Positions 57,400-64,000 of a stretch of 64,000 bases of DNA are shown one piece after another (the first letter of the stretch is position 1; every line of letters begins with the position of its first letter). The stretch lies in the NCBI RefSeq assembly GCF_009914755.1, contig NC_060931.1, one strand, 5' to 3'. Position numbers and translations under genes: made by a program. The notes beneath the pieces are model-generated. The model worked only from the letters and a program-made list of their open reading frames with translations. It was not told the origin of the DNA and searched no databases. This DNA is from the human T2T-CHM13v2.0 reference genome, Homo sapiens.

Positions 57400-58720
57400 T
57401 TATTACTAATAATAAGCTTTCTGTCTGAGCACTTAGCATGTGTCAGGCAGAATGCTAAGAACTGCACATAAATGCTCTCACTTAGTGAAAAACCTAGGAG
57501 CCTGGCACTATCCCCAGTAACTGATTACCGATCATTTAGTGGGCTCAGAGTACTTATATAATGTGCCCAAGGTCATGTGGGAGATAGGATTCAACCTCAG
57601 CCCTCTGAAATCATCATACTACCTTAGTTATGAAAGGAATGGAGGGAAGGAGCTAATTTATTGAGATTCTCCATTAGGTAAGTAATTGTGCTGGACGCTT
57701 TACATGCTGATAGTGTTCAATTCTCACAGCCTCACAAGGTAAATAATATTATTGCCACTTACAAATGTGGAAGGAAACTGAGGCTTAGTGGGACTAAATA
57801 TTTTATTAAAAGTCACACAGCTGATAAGTGGGGAAGCTAGAAAAATGACTTTGCTTTCTTTCTTTCCAAAGCTGTCATTTCTACTTGACCACATGAGAAA
57901 TTTTTTTTTTTTACATCTCTTTCCCCCACCTGACTTCATAAGATCAAAATGTGTTGCCCATTTTGGTAAATTTTTACAAGACAATGCACAAATTGGATTT
58001 GAAGGCTTTTTCAATGAAAGAATGAATCTATAGATTCATGCTAATCTGGACTAATGTCCAGCTTAGGGGATTTCACCAGAGACTCAGCATGATGCCTCAA
58101 GGTTATACTGAATGCATAATCTGATGTCTCAATATTTTAATGTTTAATCTCAAAATAGAGTGGATTTGACAGTCTAGCTTAAAAGAGATAACATTTTTAA
58201 AAATGTATGGAGGAATTCAAGCATATTGCTAAAGTTTTACCAATCAAAGTGTTCTCTCATTTACCAATTAAATAACAAATGAAAAAATAAACGGGTCTGT
58301 CGTCACTTAGAATATGTGTTTGCCCATAAAAATAACTTTAAAGAAATTATAAATAGCTTAGAAAAATGATATAAGAAAGCTAGGTTAGTAGCAGTTACTA
58401 TAGATTATTTATTCAACAAATATGAGGGAAAGAAGTGTGGTGTGTAGGGGGAGATGATTCCAATAATGAGAACAGAGGAGCTCTCCTTGTAAAATGGAAG
58501 CTGTAATTCTTGCCTTATAGTGACAATGCAAGAATGTGGAATGACGTATGCAAAGCTCCCTGTGCTGAGCATAGGCAAAGCCATTATTATATTTTGTAGA
58601 TGAGAAAACAGATGTGGTTTAATGGGGTTAAGTTCACTCAGTTGCTGCCAATTGGCAAAGCTTGGATTCGAACTCAGGTTTTCTGATTCTACGATCTGTG
58701 ATCTTCTCATTTTGCCTGGT
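57400..58720 (-). mobile_element. Cluster of MIR and L2 fragments
   Basis: MIR cores near 57540, 57770 and 58600; L2 end ttattcaacaaatat at 58408. Confidence 0.6.
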
Positions 58721-59199
58721 AGTTGTGTTGTTTCCTCTGGGTACTGATCACACTTGTACAAATGGACAGATGTTGAAAATACATCCACTGGTGGTTAAAC
58801 CTGAAATAAATGCTAATTTTTCATTTTTATAAAGGTTTCTTTTTGATGTATTTGTGTTTTGAGAGTATATTTGCTGTTCAATATAATTTTGTGTCTATGG
58901 AATGTGTTTTAAAAATTATAATCTCTAAGGATATGAATTAATGTACATTAATGTGTAACTAATGTTACAGCTCCTTTTATAGCCACTTGGGTTTTCATGT
59001 TGTTTTTAAGAACTGAGTGCAATTATAGGAAACACATTTGGAATGATGGCATAAGTCAGCCCTAAAGGAATAGCAAAAGTCCTGGGAGTAATCTTGTAGA
59101 GTCCTGTCAACACAAATAAGGGTGCTGATTTAGAATAAAGAACCAATTATGCAAATACCATTATGGTATAAAAATATTATTAGATTTGTTGGGAAGAAT

Positions 59200-60070
59200 T
59201 TTTATATATAACAGTTCTAGTTAATTATTAAATTTCTTTAAAAAATTATACCATTAAGAAAATAGCAGACAAAGAAAAAGATTTTAGTATGTATAATCTG
59301 AGCTAAAGATTACATACAAAGAGTACATTTAGTTATAAGGAAAAAAGCAGTATCCCAGTATAATTGGCAAACACATAAATACAATTTCATCAAAGAATAA
59401 AAAATAGAACTATTAAGGAAACAGTAAAAATGTTTGTGGTTGCTAGTAATCATAGAATGTAAATTAAGACAAAATAACTTATTTTTACATTCAAATTAAT
59501 TAAAGGATATGATCTCGAAAATGTCATGAAAATGGTGCTTTCATATCTCGCAGGTGGGAAGACAAATTGATGCAACCCTCTTGAAAAGCAATCTGGCAAT
59601 ATGAACCAAGAGCCATGAAAAGGCTTATGCTATTATAATTAGTAAGTCAATTTATAGAAATTTGTTTTTTAAAAGTAAAGTAAAATAAGAGAAAACCCTT
59701 GTTGGGAAAGATGTTCATTGCAATATTGCCTACAACAGGAAAAATATTGGAAGAAAAAATCTAACAAATTGATAAAATCATATTAGGTAAATTAGGGTGG
59801 ACCTCTGTGGTAGACAATTATGCAACTGATAGAAATGATAATAATAAAAATCACATAGCAACATAGAAATGCCTTAATTAGAATCTTAAGTGGAAAATGA
59901 GCATATGAAATAGAATGCAGGCTATTGTCATTACATACAATTATGTAGAGAAGACTGAAAGGAAACATTTCAAAGGTTTGTAAGTTATTTAAAGATAGTG
60001 GGATTACAGATTTTTTTTTTTACTTTCCATATATATTCTTCAATGTTGTTATAATGATTTAACAATGAAA
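59200..60070 (+). mobile_element. L1ME-type 3' remnant
   Basis: ttgaaaagcaatctggcaata; aagatgttcattgcaatattg. Confidence 0.6.
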
Positions 60071-61010
60071 ATGTAATTGATAATGTATTATTGCTATTTC
60101 CTTAATTCCAGAATGGCTGTAATGTTGGCTGTAAATATGAAATTTTCTTTCACACACCAATGTTTTCAAGAATGGCATATTCACATGCAGTATGTGGTAA
60201 GTTGCATCATTTCTCTTTGAACTGGGCTGATAATTTTCAAGCTAACAAACCTGTTCCTCCATGAAAGTAAGTTGCCTTAAAGACCTTACTCTTACTATAC
60301 ATAAGCAGTAGTTAACAAAGAGCTATTATTTTGAAATGGCAAATGCTTCCTATACTCAGATGTTTTTATACATTCACAACTCACAAGCAATCAGCCTGAC
60401 TAAAGCACTGGGATTTAAAAAATGCACTGAGACAGCATCTTCATATGCCTCGGAGACAATTCAACCCAGAGGTGCAAATGCAGAATACATGTTTATATGG
60501 AAAGGTCACTGATTTTTCACTACTTAGGAAAGCCATGCTATGTGTGCCAAGATAGATGTACCTAAATCTAAGGCTTTCATGCCTTGAAAGATAGATGGAA
60601 ATCACTTTCTATCGTTCACCTCCTAGATTTTCTAAAACCTAACTTGGAGAGACATCCAGTTCTGTAGGTTAAGCAGAGAATAATGCAAATAGCTTGAGCT
60701 CAAACTACATCCAATTTTATGTAAGATTCTACATTTCTGAGCTTTTCTTCCTAAGCCTGCATCTCTTTTTCTGTTCCCCATCTTAATTAATGTTTCTGAA
60801 TTCCAAACATTTTCCTAAGAGAAACACCTCAAAGTTATTCCAGACTCCTCTCTCTCCTTCATTCAGAGACTGTCAGCTTTTATCACCTGAACCTCTATAA
60901 TGCTTCTTGAGTTGAGTCTCTATTTCTACACTTGAAATATTATATTAGCTTTTTGATAGCTTCTTCCAGAGTTATCTTCTTCAAACAATATTTAAAAATA
61001 TTTAGCTTTC

Positions 61011-61320
<310 letters not shown>

Positions 61321-63220
61321 TTATATTAAAAAATCTTTGGTGGCTCTTTACCGTCTGCAGGATAAAGTCCAATTTTCCTTTTTTTTTTCTTTTTGTTACA
61401 ACATTATCAATGTATTTAATACCACTGAACTCTACACTTAAACATGGTTAAGACACTAAATTTTGTTCTGTATATTTTACTACAATGAAAACATTGGAGA
61501 AAAAATAAGTAAACCTTTTTTAAAGTGGTTCAGTAACTTGTCTAAAATCACATAGCTATTAAGTACAGACATTATTATTCAAAAAATCCTTGTCATACTC
61601 CCAAACGTACTCCTTTTCTATCATAGTCATGGTTTTCATACTGTTGCATGAATGATGCAGTATTTTATTTGAATAAAGGTTCTTTACTGCCCTTTTGTAT
61701 ACTTTTAACATAAAAATGATTAATGCTCACTTTTTACATTACTCTTTCAGATTTAAATTATGGTCTTAGTTTTGTAAAATTTAGCGTATCTTCATGTGTT
61801 TGGAAATTGAAGGGTGCCTGAATGTTTCTTCTTAGTCATTGCTTCTGTAATCCATATATTTTTCTCCAAATAAAAGGTGATGTCTTAAACTGTGACTTAG
61901 CAAGCTACCTATGTATTTGCCTTGAGTGTAAATGGAGATAATAGGAAATACAGTCAATTTTTCTTCACAACTATAATTTTAAAAAAAATCTCTAATTATT
62001 ACTCATAAACATCCTTTGTAAAGTTTTTAAAATCACATATACACTTTGAGTGAATGATGCCAAACTTCAACAGTTAGCTGTTGTAATCTGGTGTAATCTT
62101 AGAATTCATCTAGTGCTTAATGGTAAATTTTTTCTCATGTCTGGGACTAACTCTCCTAAGCCTTGTCAATAAATCTGAGTCACTTAACTGTAGCACTCTT
62201 TATCACACTCTGAGGATCTTGTGACTGTTGTCCCCCCAAAAGTTATCTTTTAAAAAAACATATTGGTCAGTGGTCACCCAATTTTTAACTCTTGTATTTC
62301 TATTTTTCACCTCTTCCTCATGCACTTCATACCTAGACACAGCCCATTGTTTTCTTTCCTTAATTCCAGGAGGCCTTTGCTTGATTCCATGCCTTTGTAT
62401 GAAAATATTTTCTGTAGTACATGACAAACACATAACCATTATTTGCTCATATATGTCTCCCTTACTGCATTATGAGTCATTCAGAACAGAGACCATGTCT
62501 TGTTTATCACTGTATACCAAGCATCTGCAGAGGGTAAAGAGTCGAGATACATTAATTGAGTGAGTAAATAATTTAATTAATCCAGTAGTGTAGAGTGCAG
62601 ATTAAGTTAATGTGATCCTCCAAAGAAACAACTCTTTGGTTTTCATAGATGGGGAGTTTTGGGTGGGGAGATGCTGGGAAGGGGTGAGTCTATAGACCTG
62701 GTCCAGGCTTGACCTGGAAGCAGGGCTCTGAATGTTCACAAGCAGTTCTAACTAAAGCTAGAAAGAAGAGAGCTAAACTGGGAACATGGTAGGGGCTGCA
62801 TTCAAGATCAGGAATTAAATATTAAGTCAAGACTATAATTAAATATTATTAGAGGATCACAGACCCTGTTTCATATTTCCTGGAACCTCCCATAGATAGC
62901 TTTTCTTGCTGCGGATAGGCCAAATTTATATGCTCTGCTAAGAACCTGAAATAGAATCTGTATTATTGATAGAAGTAGAACCCAGTATTTTGACAGGCAG
63001 CTGGGTTGAGGGCAGGGCTGGCTTTTGTTCTTAAATATTAAGAAACTTAACAAACACATACATGCACTGACAACTAGAAGTGGGCCAAATGACATTTCAG
63101 TTAGAAGAAACAGAATGTACAAAGGCTCAGAGATGTGAAACTCTGTACCATGTTTGGGGGATTTCCAATACTTTCATTTGGTGTGAAGATAGGATGTGAG
63201 GGACCAATAGAAGCGATTAG

Positions 63221-63881
63221 TGACTTTTGGGAAAGAGTGAAAGATCCAAGGTGACCCCCATGGTCCTTGCCTCCTGGTGTTCACATGTAATTCTCTCTCT
63301 GTAAGTGTGGCCAAAAACAGTGACTGCATTCGAATGAATAGAATATGGAAGGGTGATGATATATTACTCCTATGATTATACTACATTCTACAATACTCAA
63401 TGTTGGTAGCAGACTCACTCCCTCTCTCCTCTTGCTGGTTTTGAGGAAGTAAGTTGCCATGCATTCTGTAGCCACAAGAAGCTGAATGCTGCCAACAACC
63501 ATTTACAAGCAGGCAGGCAGATTCTACCCTAACTGAGCCTCCCTTCTGTAATCACCTCCATTTGAGTGCAGGCAGAACCTCTGACTTGATTCTAAACAAT
63601 AAAATGTTACAAAGGTGATGGAATATGACTCCTATGAGTTCATTATATTATGTTAGTCTGTCTTACTAGCATACTGTCTCTCTCTCTCTCTGCCTTTTTA
63701 TTTTTAAACAAGTAAGCCTTCGTGAACCTTGTAGCTACAAGAAAGTGAAAATGAATGCTTCCAATAACAACATGAGCAGGGAAATGTATCCTTCCCTAGT
63801 TGAGCTTCCAGATGAGAACCCAGCCTGGGCTAGGGTCTTTGTGCTGTAGTAATTTGTTACTCAGCAATAGATAACTTATAC
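63221..63881 (+). mobile_element. MLT1E/F-like MaLR LTR
   Basis: aaggtgacccccatggtccttgcctcctggtgttcaca...gtaatttgttactcagcaatagataacttataca. Confidence 0.8.
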
Positions 63882-64000
63882 AATAGCAGGAAGCAAAAGC
63901 CCTTGATAATCTCCACTTTCATCTCCAAACAATCTATGCAAACAGTTAAAATATTGTTCAAGGGGGAGAGAATTATATTTTATCTTATCAAGCTTTGTCA

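Noticed and set aside
58937-58952. 16-bp perfect palindrome attaatgtacattaat
   Set aside because: AT-rich and short; plausible by chance in 64 kb.

Overview
Primate (most likely human or great-ape) genomic DNA: AT-rich, and dominated by interspersed repeats (Alu J/S/Y, L1PA/L1P/L1MA/L1ME, L2, MIR, MaLR/ERV solo LTRs, MER2/MER5/Tigger1). The long ORFs in the supplied track are repeat-derived or chance. The main non-repeat signal is missed by the ORF track. It is a two-exon plus-strand gene model (42522-42579 + 44709-44881) with beta-defensin-type architecture: a 58-nt signal-peptide exon (MKIHYLFFALFFLGQLSTS-G), a phase-1 intron, a Cys-containing second exon and a polyA signal. It would encode an open 76-aa peptide with only 4 Cys that I cannot match to a known DEFB. 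Just downstream is a CpG-rich promoter/first exon (about 45.9-47.0 kb) split by a young AluYd-type element, followed by several weaker candidate exons. There is also a complex L1 insertion (24059-26920) whose 5' end is an inverted copy of local sequence (19374-19673). Repeat subfamily names come from recalled consensus features and need RepeatMasker confirmation. The chromosomal locus was not identified.
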